From assembly GCA_964016885.1 (NCBI GenBank), contig OZ024763.1, positions 30,070,001 through 30,134,000 of the forward strand: 64,000 nucleotides of DNA. Reading direction: 5' to 3'. The notes below the pieces were generated by a model. That model did no database searches and was not told where the DNA came from. It saw nothing but the letters and a program-made list of their open reading frames with translations. This DNA comes from Eledone cirrhosa (taxonomy: Eukaryota). Both the position numbers and the translations under genes were made by a program. Shown piece by piece: positions 1 to 11,300 of this stretch; positions within the stretch are counted from its first letter, which is position 1; each line of letters starts with the position of its first letter.

Positions 1-239
1 CGACTTAGATTTTCCATGCATTATGGCGTGAAACGACAGAGTACAAGACTCCACCCTGGACAGGGCGCCAGTCCATCGCAGGGTTAAACCCCCCTCTATT
101 GTTGGTACTCATTTTCAGCTGAGTTTACTGGAGCAACGTGAAATGAAGTGTTTTGCTCAAGAACACAACACAGAACCCAGGAATCGAACCCACGATGTTA
201 TGATTGTAAGTCCAAGACCCTTACCACTAGGCCACGTGC

Positions 240-241
<2 letters not shown>
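1..241 (-). mobile_element. tRNA-derived SINE (3' end runs off the window start)
   Basis: Minus strand reads GAGGCACGTGGCCTAGTGGTAAGGG (A box) ... GGGTTCGATTCC (B box), then GTGTTGTGTTCTTGAGCAAAACAC and CCCTGCGATGGACTGGCGCCCTGTCCAGGG, which are typical central SINE domains. Confidence 0.8.

Positions 242-243
<2 letters not shown>

Positions 244-310
<67 letters not shown>
244..310. repeat. (CA)n microsatellite
   Basis: Directly visible. Much shorter in the duplicate at ~47254-47276. Confidence 0.98.
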
Positions 311-314
<4 letters not shown>

Positions 315-638
315 ACCCTACTACAACTACACGCATACTGATATCCCCTCCTGTTCAAAAGCCCCCACACTATCTCCATGTTAGCCCCCCACACACACAC
401 TCGCCATGTTTGCCCCCCACCACACTCTCGCCATGTTTACCCCCCCCCCCCACCACCACCACCGCACTCTTCATGTTAGCCCCCCACATACACACACACC
501 ACACTCTTCATGTTAGCCATATTACCTCCACATTGTTGATGTTATCCCTATATTCTCTAAATTAACCCCCACGCAAAAAATTACTCCCCTACTCACACAC
601 ACACTGTTCATATAACAAATATTGTTTTAATTTTGTAG

Positions 639-824
639 TGACCCAGTCCCGTCCTGGCAACCTTACAGAAGAAGGGGACGTCATTGTTCTGGCTGACCAC
701 ACCAATACCCACCCTTTTGCCCTCTGTCAACATAAACGTAAATATTATCTCTGAGATTGGTCTGGCTGTCTACCATCTCCAGTTTAAACTGACCGGAGAT
801 GGTAAACAACACAGTATATCTATG
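639..824 (+). CDS. Candidate exon of an unidentified gene or pseudogene (duplicate 47681-47866)
   Basis: Acceptor ttttaattttgtag and strong donor ATG|gtaagt; 186 nt, GC-richer than the flanks. One frame is open after an initial TGA: PSPVLATLQKKGTSLFWLTTPIPTLLPSVNINVNIISEIGLAVYHLQFKLTGDGKQHSISM. It needs a downstream AG or is pseudogenised. Confidence 0.4.
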
Positions 825-876
825 GTAAGTATTGATGGTTTATATTAAGGCTGTGTGTGTGTTTGTGTGTATTTAA

Positions 877-1095
877 CACTTTAGCATTCACATTACTCTA
901 TATCTACTATTGTATTTTCACAGTAAAGACTTGATCTCACATAATTGTTCACATCGAATCTGAGATTTTGATGATGATATTATTTACTTTGAAAACAATA
1001 CCTTAACATCAGTATGTGTGGCTAGTTACGGTCCGTTTGAACAGAAAGAGGTGAGAGAATTCTGGCCAGATATGGCCGATTTAAATGCTAAAGGG
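877..1095. mobile_element. piggyBac-like MITE (duplicate 47935-48153)
   Basis: TTAA|CACTTTAGCATT ... AATGCTAAAGGG|TTAA: terminal inverted repeats with TTAA target duplication. Confidence 0.8.
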
Positions 1096-1213
1096 TTAAA
1101 CATGCGTATGTGTTCTCTCTCTCTCTCTCTGATGAGATGGGCTCCACCAGGTTTATAAATGCCCAAGGCACACTCTACATCTCTATGGCGTCCCGACTCC
1201 TCCAAGAGTTGGG

Positions 1214-1261
<48 letters not shown>

Positions 1262-1483
1262 GCAAGTAGAAGGGAGAGAGAACGTGAGATGGGAGACACA
1301 CATACATGTATGTGTCTCTCCCATCTCAGGTTCTCTCTCTCTTCTACTTACACAGACACGCACGCACACACACACACACACAGTCTACAGTCAACACACA
1401 CACAATCTACATTCTCCCTCCCTTCCTTCCCTCAGCCACAATAACCTTCCACCACCACCACCACACAAATTCAGCCACAAATA

Positions 1484-1562
1484 CAGGGTGACCCCCCAAA
1501 ATGCATACACATATTTATAAGAATATTGTTGAAGCGTGTATACATTTTGGGGGGACACCCTG
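1484..1562. mobile_element. Tc1/mariner-type mini-MITE (duplicate 48510-48589)
   Basis: TA|CAGGGTGACCCCCCAAAATGCATACAC ... GTGTATACATTTTGGGGGGACACCCTG|TA: ~27-bp TIRs and TA target duplication. Confidence 0.85.
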
Positions 1563-1638
1563 TATATGATACATAAACTAAATAAATAAAACTCATAAAT
1601 TAACCTTCTGACTCCTGGTGGTATTTCTTTCTTAGTAG

Positions 1639-1781
1639 GAGGAAACAACTGGTCACTACCAAATAGAAATTTATGTGCCAGAGGGAAGGAGTGATGCTAT
1701 TGATCAAACACAAGCCAGGAGTATCATCTGCCCCTCTCCTGTACTGAAGGAGTCTACCAGTGTTGATGTTTATACCAACAG
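1639..1781 (+). CDS. Candidate exon of the same unidentified gene (duplicate 48666-48807 has a 1-bp deletion)
   Basis: Acceptor tttctttcttagtag and donor CAG|gtttgt. Open frame EETTGHYQIEIYVPEGRSDAIDQTQARSIICPSPVLKESTSVDVYTN. Its phase-0 start is compatible with the phase-0 end of 639-824. Confidence 0.45.
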
Positions 1782-1865
1782 GTTTGTTATATCTATATTA
1801 TCTATACATATTAGTATATTGGTCAAGTAGTATATTTGATTCTTATATATATATATATATATATA

Positions 1866-2333
1866 TCTTTTCATACGTCTGAGTTTTCCTGCTTGCAAGG
1901 GTGGGACGGGTCCTATTCAGCACAGCATCTCTCCATCGTCACTGTCCTTCGTCGTCATCTGTGAGTTTCAGCGATCTGAGGTCAGCTCTCACCACTCCCG
2001 CCCATGATTTTCGTGGTCTTCCTCTACTGCATCTTCCTTCTACTGGGATTTCTTGGCACTTCTTTACCCAGCGGTCATCCTCCATGCGCATCACATGTCC
2101 ATACCATCGCAGTCTTCTCTCCTGCACACCACAACTTATCCCACTTATACCCAGTTTCTTTTTCAACTCGTCTATACTTGGTCGTTCACACACATTGACA
2201 TTGCACATCCAACGGAGCATGCTTGATTCATTTCTCTCCAGCCGTCGCATATCCTCCGCAGTTGCTACCCATCTCACACAGGCATCATATAACTGGCTTT
2301 TCGTTCGTAGGGAGAAACCCTTTGACAACAGAA
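1866..2333 (-). mobile_element. RTE-clade LINE 3' fragment (duplicate ~48890-49357)
   Basis: ORF 1939-2328(-) GFSLRTKSQLYDACVR...LERNESSMLRWMCNV...RRLRWYGHVMRM...GRCSRGRPRKSW is the typical RTE C-terminus. It is 5'-truncated and internally deleted. Confidence 0.92.
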
Positions 2334-2334
2334 T

Positions 2335-2520
2335 GATATAGAAATGACTTCTACAGGACTAGAACTTTCATTTCAAAGAAATCGGGGCTTTCCTGGTGAT
2401 TTCCTTCGAATGAAATATTTCTAGTCCTGTAGAAGGTATTTCTATATTATATTTTGTATATACTCTACTAATGTATTGAGTACTTTACCTACTGTGGTTT
2501 CCCCTCGATTGAACCAGAGA
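2335..2520. mobile_element. Palindromic hairpin element (other copies ~23668-23803, 37985-38172, 49357-49545, 62175-62358)
   Basis: Arms ATATAGAAATGACTTCTACAGGACTAGAA / TTCTAGTCCTGTAGAAGGTATTTCTATAT form a ~115-nt hairpin with a shared flank. Dispersed in both orientations. Confidence 0.75.
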
Positions 2521-2539
2521 CTCTCACACACACACACAC

Positions 2540-2596
<57 letters not shown>

Positions 2597-2599
<3 letters not shown>

Positions 2600-2767
2600 C
2601 ACAATTTAATGTCCATTTTTCTACGCTAGCATGGGTTAGACGAGTTGTCCTATTGTGGGCAATGCCAGGTCAGGTGACCATGTCTTGCTCATACAGAACT
2701 GATCTTGGCTTCGCTTTAACAGCTGGAAGCCTTTCAAAACGCTAACCTCATTTACAGTGAGTACTGT
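2597..2767 (-). mobile_element. Decayed SINE or RTE-related tail remnant (duplicate ~49598-49767)
   Basis: TTTAATGTCCATTTTTCTACGCTAGCATGGGTTAGACG and CAGCTGGAAGCCTTTCAAAACGCTAACC resemble the reverse complement of a common cephalopod retroposon 3' part (recalled motif). Confidence 0.5.
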
Positions 2768-3100
2768 TTATTTTGTATGTCGTGACCCCTACACCTTGGT
2801 CAAAATCAGTGACTCCTACACCTTGGTCGGAGCAGTGATCTCTAGTTTTCTTTCAAACTATATTTTTTTTCTTAAATTTAATTAAAAGAAATTTTATTAG
2901 ATTTAGTTTCGGATAATTCTGTTTACATAAATAGCAAATCTTTTGATAATTTATGTAAAGTAAATATTGTATATACTTGTATATATGTCGATAAATGTGA
3001 CAAAATATTGATGGTAAAATAGGGAGGAGGACTTGTCTTCGAGGTCAATATTTTGATTTCACCAACTTAAAAATTATATGTAAATGAGGTGCTAAAATAT

Positions 3101-3935
3101 TTTCGCTTTGGAGATGAATGTTGCAGCAGTTTCACTTTGTAGGTGAATATTACACCAGTTTCACTTTGGAGGTGAATATTACACCAGTTTCACTTTGCAG
3201 GTGAATATATTACACCAGTTTCACTTTGCAGGTGAATATGTTACACCAGTTTTACTTTCGATGTGGATATATTACACCAGTTTCACTTTGCAGGTGAATA
3301 TATTACACCAGTTTCACTTTGGAGGTGAATATTACACCAGTTTCACTTTGGAATATTACACCAGTTTCACTTTGGAATATTACACCAGTTTACACTTTGG
3401 GGGTGAATATTACACTAGTTTCACTTTGGAATATTACACCAGTTTCACTTTGGAATATTACACCAGTTTCACTTTGTAGGTGAATATTGCATCAGTTTCA
3501 CTTTGGTGGTAAATATATTACACCAGTTTCACTTTGGAATATTACACCAGTTTACACTTTGGAGGTGAATATTACACCATTTTACACTTTGGAGGTGAAT
3601 ATTACACCAGATTCACTTTGGTATATTACACCAGTTTACACTTTGTAGGTGAATATTAAACCAGTTTCACTTTGTAGGTGTATATTACACCAGTTTCACT
3701 TTGGAATATTACACCAGTTTCACTTTGGAATATTACACCAGTTTCACTTTGCAGGTGAATATATTACACCAGTTTCACTTTGCAGGTGAATATATTACAC
3801 CAGTTTCACTTTGGATGTGGATATATTACACCGGTTTCACTTTGGAGGTGAATATTTCACCAGTTTACAGTTTGGAGGTGAATATTACACCAGTTTCACT
3901 TTGTAGGTGTATATTACACCAGTTTCACTTTGGAG
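3101..3935 (+). repeat. 24/29/31-bp minisatellite (other arrays 5353-5772, 8309-8877, 11168-11736, 14629-14888, 18164-18720)
   Basis: Units GAATATTACACCAGTTTCACTTTG (24 bp), plus GAGGT/CAGGT/TAGGT (29 bp), plus AT (31 bp), intermixed. Confidence 0.98.
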
Positions 3936-4004
3936 GTGAAATTTATATTTGCTATTATATTTGATGATTTTAATGAATATGGCCTTGAAATCAATCGGAA
4001 AATG
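3936..4004 (+). other. Exon-like segment A of the repeated cassette (also 5773, 8878, 11737, 14889, 18721, 52000, 54159, 58406, 59196; 69 nt each)
   Basis: tttcactttggag|GTG AAA TTT ... AAA ATG|gtacac. Open frame VKFIFAIIFDDFNEYGLEINQKM. Both splice sites are weak. Confidence 0.3.
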
Positions 4005-4114
4005 GTACACATCACTCACCGCACATTATACTCTACACACCACACTCTACACACTACACAACGCACATTACCTTCTACACACCACACACATCACCACACA
4101 TATTACCACACTAC

Positions 4115-4268
4115 ACCGTCGGACGCCATGCTTTGACGCATAGAATTACGCCCCTTTCCATTCTCAGTTCAAATCCGGCCGAGGTTAACTGTCTTTCATT
4201 CTTACGGGATCGATAAAATAAATTACCAGTGGGTAATTGCTGGACTTGTGCCAAAAGTAGAGACAATT
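4115..4268 (+). mobile_element. 5'-truncated tRNA-SINE inside every cassette spacer (10 copies)
   Basis: GTCGGACGCCATGCTTTGACGCATAG...GAGTTCAAATCC (B box)...CTTTCATTCTTACGGGGTCGATAAAATAAA...TTGTGCCAAAAGTAGAAA. Same family as the full copies at 26864, 43649 and 45424. Confidence 0.88.
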
Positions 4269-4302
4269 ATATTAGTTTCTGTATATTTTCTATCTTTTGT
4301 AG

Positions 4303-4375
4303 TTATCATGCCGAACCATTCCTATAATTGTAAAATCTAAAAGTACTGTCAAACTTTATTTGACATCACAAAAAG
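4303..4375 (+). other. Exon-like segment B of the repeated cassette (also 6121-6194, 9225-9299, 12085-12159, 15249-15322, 19070-19143, 52350-52422, 54507-54581, 58766-58839, 59563-59635)
   Basis: Acceptor attttctatcttttgtag and consensus donor AAG|gtaagt. Open frame LSCRTIPIIVKSKSTVKLYLTSQK. Length is 73-75 nt depending on copy, and the last copy has an in-frame TAA. Confidence 0.45.
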
Positions 4376-4380
4376 GTAAG

Positions 4381-5352
4381 TCTCCCTCCTCTCTCCTCTA
4401 TCCCTCCTCTCTCCCGCCTCTCTCCCCCGCCTCTCTCCCCCGCCTCTCTCTCCCGCCTCTCTCTCCCGCCTCTCACTCCCGCCTCTCCCTCCTCTCTCTC
4501 TCTTATTTCACTCCTCTCTCCCTCCTCTCTCCCTCCTCTCTCTCTCTTGTTTCACTCCTCTCTCACTCCTCTCTCCCTCCTCTCTCTCCTCTCTCTCCCC
4601 TCTCCGTCCTCTCTCTCTCCACTCTCTCGCCTCTCCCTCCTCTCTCCCTCCCTCCTCTCTCTCTTGTTTCACTCCTCTCTCCCTCCTCTCTCTTGTTTCA
4701 CTCCTCTCTCCCTCCTCTCTCTTGTTTCACTCCTCTCTCCCTCCTCTCTCTTGTTTCACTCCTCTCTCCCTCCTCTCTCCCTCTTCTCTCTTGATTCACT
4801 CCTCTCTCCCTCCTCTCTCCCTCTTCTCTCTTGATTCAATCTTCTCTTGTTTCACTCTTCTCTCTTGATTCACTCCTCTCTCCCTCCTCTCTCCCTCTTC
4901 TCTCTTGATTCACTCTTCTCTTGTTTCACTCTTCTCTCTTGTTTCACTTCTCTCTCCCTCCTCTCTCTCTCTCTCTTGTTTCACTCCTCTCTCCCTCCTC
5001 TCTCCCTCTTCTCTCTTGATTCACTCCTCTCTCCCTCCTCTCTCCCTCTTCTCTCTTGATTCACTCTTCTCTTGTTTCACTCTTCTCTCTTGATTCACTC
5101 CTCTCTCCCTCCTCTCTCCCTCTTCTCTCTTGATTCACTCTTCTCTTGTTTCACTCTTCTCTCTTGTTTCACTTCTCTCTCCCTCCTCTCTCCCGCCTCT
5201 CTCCCTCCTCTCTTGTTTCACTCCTCTCTCCCTCCTCCTCTCTCTTGTTTCCCTCCTCTCTCTCTCTTGTTTCACTCCTCTCTCCCTCCTCTCTCTCTCT
5301 TGTTTCACTCCTCTCTCCCTCCTCCGCTCTTGTTTCACTCCTCTCTCCCTCC
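4381..5352 (+). repeat. CT-rich polypyrimidine satellite (other arrays 6200-8308, 9305-11167, 12166-14628, 15328-18163, 19149-22583)
   Basis: Irregular CTCT/CCCT/CCT tracts punctuated by TTGTTTCACT. Extreme strand asymmetry. Confidence 0.98.
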
Positions 5353-8300
5353 TTCACTTTGGAATATTACACCAGTTTCACTTTGCAGGTGAATATATTA
5401 CACCAGTTTTACTTTGCAGATGAATATATTACACCAGTTTCACTTTGCAGATGAATATATTACACCAGTTTACACTTTGGAATATTACACCAGTTTCACT
5501 TTGGAATATTACACCAGTTTCACTTTGGAATATTACACCAGTTTCACTTTGGAATATTACACCAGTTTCCCTTTTGATGTGGATATATTACACCAGTTTC
5601 ACTTTGCAGGTGAATATATTACACCAGTTTCACTTTGCAGGTGAATATATTACACCAGTTTCACTTTGTAGGTGTATATTACACCAGTTTCCCTTTGGAA
5701 TATTACACCAGTTGCCCTTTGGAATATTACACCAGTTTCACTTTGGAATATTACACCAGTTTCACTTTGGAGGTGAAATTTATATTTGCTATTATATTTG
5801 ATGATTTTAATGAATATGGCCTTGAAATCAATCAGAAAATGGTACACATCACTCACCACACATTATACTCTACACACCACACTCTACACACTACACAACG
5901 CACATTACCTTCCACACATATTACCACACTACACCGTCGGACGCCATGCTTTGACTCATAGAATTACGCCCCTTTCCATTCTGAGTTCAAATCCGGCCGA
6001 GGTTAACTGTCTTTCATTCTTACGGGGTCGATAAAATAAATTACCATTGGGTAATTGCTGGACTTGTGCCAAAAGTAGAAAGAATTATAATAGTTTCTGT
6101 ATATTTTCTATCTTGTGTAGTTATCATGTCGAACCATTCCTATAATTGTAAAATCTAAAAGGACTGTCAAACTTTATTTGACATCACAAAAAAGGTAAGT
6201 CTCCCTCCTCTCTCCCCCTCTCTTTTGTTTCACTCCTCTCTCCCCTCTCCCTCCTCTCTCTTTTGTTTCACTCCTCCCTCTCCCTCCTCTCTCTTGTTTC
6301 ACTCCTCTCTCCCTCCTCTCTCTCTCTCGTTTCACTCCTCTCTCCCTCCACTCTCTCTCTTGTTTCACACATCTTTCCCTCCTCTCTCCTCTCTCTCTTG
6401 TTTCACACCTCTCTCCCTCCTCTCTCTCTTGTTTCACTCCTCTCTCTTGTTTCACACCTCTCTCCCTCCTCTCTCTCTTGTTTCACTCCTCTCTCTTGTT
6501 TCACTCCTCTCTCCCTCCTCTCTCTCTCTCTCTCTTGTTTCACTCCTCTCTCACTCCTCTCTTGTTTCACTTCCTCTCTCTCTCCCCTCTCTCTCCTCTC
6601 CCTCCTCTCTCCCCTCTCCCTCTCTCCCCCTCTCTCCCTCCTCTCTCCCCTCTCTCCCCTCTCCCTCCTCTCTCTCTTGTTTCACTCCTCTCTCCCTCCC
6701 CTCTCCCTGCTCTCTCTCTTTCTCTCTCCTGTCTCTCTTTCCCCTCTCTCTCCTCTCTCCCTCCCTTCTCTCTCTTGTTTCACTCCTCTCTCCCTCCTCT
6801 CACTCCTCTCTCCCCTCCTCTCTCCCTTCTCCCCTCCTCTCTCTCTCCTCTCTCCCTCCCCTCTCCCTGCTCTCTCTCTTTCTCTCTCTCCTCTCTCTCC
6901 TCTCTCTCCTCTCTCTTGTTTAACTCCTCTCTCCCTCCTCTCTCTCTCTTTCACTCTCTCTCCTCTCATCCACCCTCTCCCACCTCTCTCTCTCTTGTTT
7001 CACTCCCCTCTCCCTCCTCTCTCTCTCTCCCTCCCTTCTCTCTCCCTCCCTTCTCTCTCTTGTTTCACTCCTCTCTCTCTTTCCTCTCTCTCCTCTCCCT
7101 CCCTCTTGTTTCAGTCCTCTCTCTCTTGTTTCCCTCCTCTCTCACTCCTCTCTCCCCTCCTCTCTCTCTCTCTCTTGTTTCACTCCTCTCTCCCTCCTCT
7201 CTCTCTTGTTTCCCTCCTCTCACTCTCTCTTGTTTCTCTCCTCTCTCTCTTGTTTCCCTCCTCCCTCTCCCTCCTCTCCCTCCTCCCTCTCCCTCCTCTC
7301 TCCCCTCTCTCTCCCCTCTCTTCTCTCTCTCTTGTTTCACTCCTCTCTCCCTCCTCTCTCTCTCTCTTGTTTCACTCCTCTCTCTCCTCTCTCTCTCTAC
7401 TCTCTCTCTCTCCTCTCTCTCTTGTTTCACTCCTCTGTCCCTACTCTCTCTTTCCTCTCTCCCTCTCTCCTCTCTCCCTCCCCTCTCTCTCTTGTTTCAC
7501 TCCTCTCTCCCTCCCCTCTCTCTCTTGTTTCTCTCCCTCCCCTCTCCTGCTCTCTCTCTTTCCTCCCTCTCCTCTCTCTCTCTTGTTTCACTCCTCTCCC
7601 CCTCCTCTCTCCCCTCTCCCTCCTCTATCTCTCTCTTGTTTCACTCTTTCTCTCTTGTTTCACACCTCTCTCCCTCCTCTCACTCTCTCTTGTTTAACTC
7701 CTCTCTCCCTCTCCCTGCTCTCTTTCCTCTCTCCCTCCCCTCTTTCCTCTCTCCCTCCCCTCTCCCTGCTCTCTTTCCTCTCTCTCCCTCCTCTCTCTCC
7801 CCTCTGCCTCCTCTCTCTCTTGTTTCACTCCTCTCTCTCTCTCTCTCTCTCGTTTCACTCCTCTCTCCCTCCTCTCTCTCTCTCCCCTCTTCCTCCTCTC
7901 TCTCTCTCTTGTTTCACTCCTCTCTCTCTCGTTTCACTCCTCTCACCCTCCTCTCTCTCTCTTGTTTCACTCCTCTCTCCCTCCTCTCTCCCTCCTCTCT
8001 CTCTTGTTTCACTCCTCTCTCTCTCCCCTCTCCCTCCTCTCTCTCGCCTCTCTCCCCTCTCTCGCCTCTCTCCCCTCTCTCTCCCCCTCTCCCTCCTCTC
8101 TCTCTCTCTTGTTTCACTCCTCTCTCCCTCCTCTCTCTCTCTCTTGTTTCACTCCTCTCTTTCATGGTTCACTTCTCTCTCCCTCCTCTCTCGTTTCACT
8201 CCTCTCGCTCTCTTATTTCACTTTTCTCTCCCCCCTCTCTCCCTCCGCTCTCTCTTGTTTCACTCCTCACTCCCTCCTCCGCTCTTGTTTCACTCCTCTC

Positions 8301-11300
8301 TCCCTCCTTCACTTTGGAATATTACACCAGTTTTACTTTCGATGTGGATATATTACACCAGTTTCACTTTGGAATATTACACCAGTTTCACTTTTGATGT
8401 GGATATATTACACCAGTTTCACTTTGCAGGTGAATATGTTACACCAGTTTCATTTTGGCATATTATACCAGTTTACACTTTGGAGGTGAATATTAGACCA
8501 GTTTCACTTTAGAATATTACACCAGTTTCACTTTGGAATATTACACCAGTTTCACTTTGGTGGTGGATATATTACACCAGTTTCACGTTGGAGGTGAATA
8601 TTACACCAGTTTTACTTTCGATGTGGATATATTACACCAGTTTCACTTTGGAATATTGCACCAGTTTCACTTTGGAGGTGAATATATTACACCAGTTTCA
8701 CTTTGGATGTGGATATATTACACCAGTTTCACTTTGCAGGTGAATATATTACACCAGTTTATAGTTTGGAGGTGAATATTACACCAGTTTCACTTTGTAG
8801 GTGTATATTACACCAGTTTCCCTTTGGAATATTACACCAGTTTCACTTTGGAATATTACACCAGTTTCACTTTGGAGGTGAAATTTATATTTGCTATTAT
8901 ATTTGATGATTTTAATGAATATGGCCTTGAAATCAATCAGAAAATGGTACACATCACTCACCACACATTATACTCTACACACCACACTCTACACACTACA
9001 CAACGCACATTACCTTCCACACATATTACCACACTACACCGTCGGACGCCATGCTTTGACGCATAGAATTACGCCCCTTTCCATTCTGAGTTCAAATCCG
9101 GCCGAGGTTAACTGTCTTTCATTCTTACGGGGTCGATAAAATAAATTACCAGTGGGTAATTGCTGGACTTGTGCCAAAGTAGAAAGAATTATAATAGTTT
9201 CTGTATATTTTCTATCTTGTGTAGTTATCATGTCGAACCATTCCTATAATTGTAAAATCTAAAAGGACTGTCGAACTTTATTTTTACATCACAAAAAAGG
9301 TAAGTCTCCCTCCTCTCTCCCCCTCTCTTTTGTTTCACTCCTCTCTCCCCTCTCCCTCCTCTCTCTTTTGTTTCACTCCTCCCTCTCTCTCTCTCTCTCT
9401 TGTTTCACTCCTCTCTCACTCCTCTCTTGTTTCACTCCTCTCTCTCTCCCCCTCTCTCTCCTCTCCCTCCTCTCTCCCCTCTCCCTCTCTCCCCCTCTCT
9501 CCCTCCTCTCTCCCCTCTCTCCCCTCTCCCTCCTCTCTCTCTTGTTTCACTCCTCTCTCCCTCCCTCTCCCTGCTCTCTCTCTTTCTCTCTCCTGTCTCT
9601 CTTTCCCCTCTCTCTCCTCTCTCCCTCCCTTCTCTCTCTTGTTTCACTCCTCTCTCCCTCCTCTCACTCCTCTCTCCCCTCCTCTCTCCCTTCTCCCCTC
9701 CTCTCTCTCTCCTCTCTCCCTCCCCTCTCCCTGCTCTCTCTCTTTCTCTCTCTCCTCTCTCTCCTCTCTCTCCTCTCTCTTGTTTAACTCCTCTCTCCCT
9801 CCTCTCTCTCTCTTTCACTCCTCTCATCCTCCCCTCTCCCACCTCTCTCTCTCTTGTTTCACTCCCCTCTCCCTCCTCTCTCTCTCTCCCTCCCTTCTCT
9901 CTCCCTCCCTTCTCTCTCTTGTTTCACTCCTCTCTCTCTTTCCTCTCTCTCCTCTCCCTCCCTCTTGTTTCAGTCCTCTCTCTCTTGTTTCCCTCCTCTC
10001 TCACTCCTCTCTCCCCTCCTCTCTCTCTCTCTCTTGTTTCACTCCTCTCTCCCTCCTCTCTCTCTTGTTTCCCTCCTCTCACTCTCTCTTGTTTCTCTCC
10101 TCTCTCTCTTGTTTCCCTCCTCCCTCTCCCTCCTCTCCCTCCTCCCTCTCCCTCCTCTCTCCCCTCTCTCTCCCCTCTCTTCTCTCTCTCTTGTTTCACT
10201 CCTCTCTCCCTCCTCTCTCTCTCTCTTGTTTCACTCCTCTCTCTCCTCTCTCTCTCTACTCTCTCTCTCTCCTCTCTCTCTTGTTTCACTCCTCTGTCCC
10301 TACTCTCTCTTTCCTCTCTCCCTCTCTCCTCTCTCCCTCCCCTCTCTCTCTTGTTTCACTCCTCTCTCCCTCCCCTCTCTCTCTTGTTTCTCTCCCTCCC
10401 CTCTCCCTGCTCTCTCTCTTTCCTCCCTCTCCTCTCTCTCTCTTGTTTCACTCCTCTCCCCCTCCTCTCTCCCCTCTCCCTCCTCTATCTCTCTCTTGTT
10501 TCACTCTTTCTCTCTTGTTTCACACCTCTCTCCCTCCTCTCACTCTCTCTTGTTTAACTCCTCTCTCCCTCTCCCTGCTCTCTTTCCTCTCTCCCTCCCC
10601 TCTTTCCTCTCTCCCTCCCCTCTCCCTGCTCTCTTTCCTCTCTCTCCCTCCTCTCTCTCCCCTCTGCCTCCTCTCTCTCTTGTTTCACTCCTCTCTCTCT
10701 CTCTCTCTCTCGTTTCACTCCTCTCTCCCTCCTCTCTCTCTCTCCCCTCTTCCTCCTCTCTCTCTCTCTTGTTTCACTCCTCTCTCTCTCGTTTCACTCC
10801 TCTCACCCTCCTCTCTCTCTCTTGTTTCACTCCTCTCTCCCTCCTCTCTCCCTCCTCTCTCTCTTGTTTCACTCCTCTCTCTCTCCCCTCTCCCTCCTCT
10901 CTCTCGCCTCTCTCCCCTCTCTCGCCTCTCTCCCCTCTCTCTCCCCTCTCCCTCCTCTCTCTCTCTCTTGTTTCACTCCTCTCTCCCTCCTCTCTCTCTC
11001 TCTTGTTTCACTCCTCTCTTTCATGGTTCACTTCTCTCTCCCTCCTCTCTCGTTTCACTCCTCTCGCTCTCTTATTTCACTTTTCTCTCCCCCCTCTCTC
11101 CCTCCGCTCTCTCTTGTTTCACTCCTCACTCCCTCCTCCGCTCTTGTTTCACTCCTCTCTCCCTCCTTCACTTTGGAATATTACACCAGTTTTACTTTCG
11201 ATGTGGATATATTACACCAGTTTCACTTTGGAATATTACACCAGTTTCACTTTTGATGTGGATATATTACACCAGTTTCACTTTGCAGGTGAATATGTTA

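Larger units (their letters stand above)
1..5352 (+). repeat. Segmental duplication, copy 1 (copy 2 at 47010-~53395)
   Basis: Collinear, near-identical sequence. CGACTTAGATTTTCCATGCA occurs at 1 and 47010, with the same MITEs, RTE fragment and satellite onset. Differences are mainly in microsatellite lengths. Confidence 0.97.

Noticed and set aside
143-565. His/Thr-rich ORFs (also 1110-1520, 47159-47581)
   Set aside because: These are translations of SINE and (CA)n or C-rich simple repeats.
1636-1781. Alternative frame with three TGA codons near Cys (selenoprotein P-like)
   Set aside because: The TGAs arise from NNT-GAT junctions of the fully open frame, and I identified no SECIS element.
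1901-2341. 146-aa plus-strand ORF (also 48925-49365)
   Set aside because: It is the antisense shadow of the RTE LINE fragment.
3101-3935. CRISPR-like array of ~30-bp partly palindromic repeats
   Set aside because: The repeats are contiguous with no unique spacers, there are no cas genes, and the context is eukaryotic.
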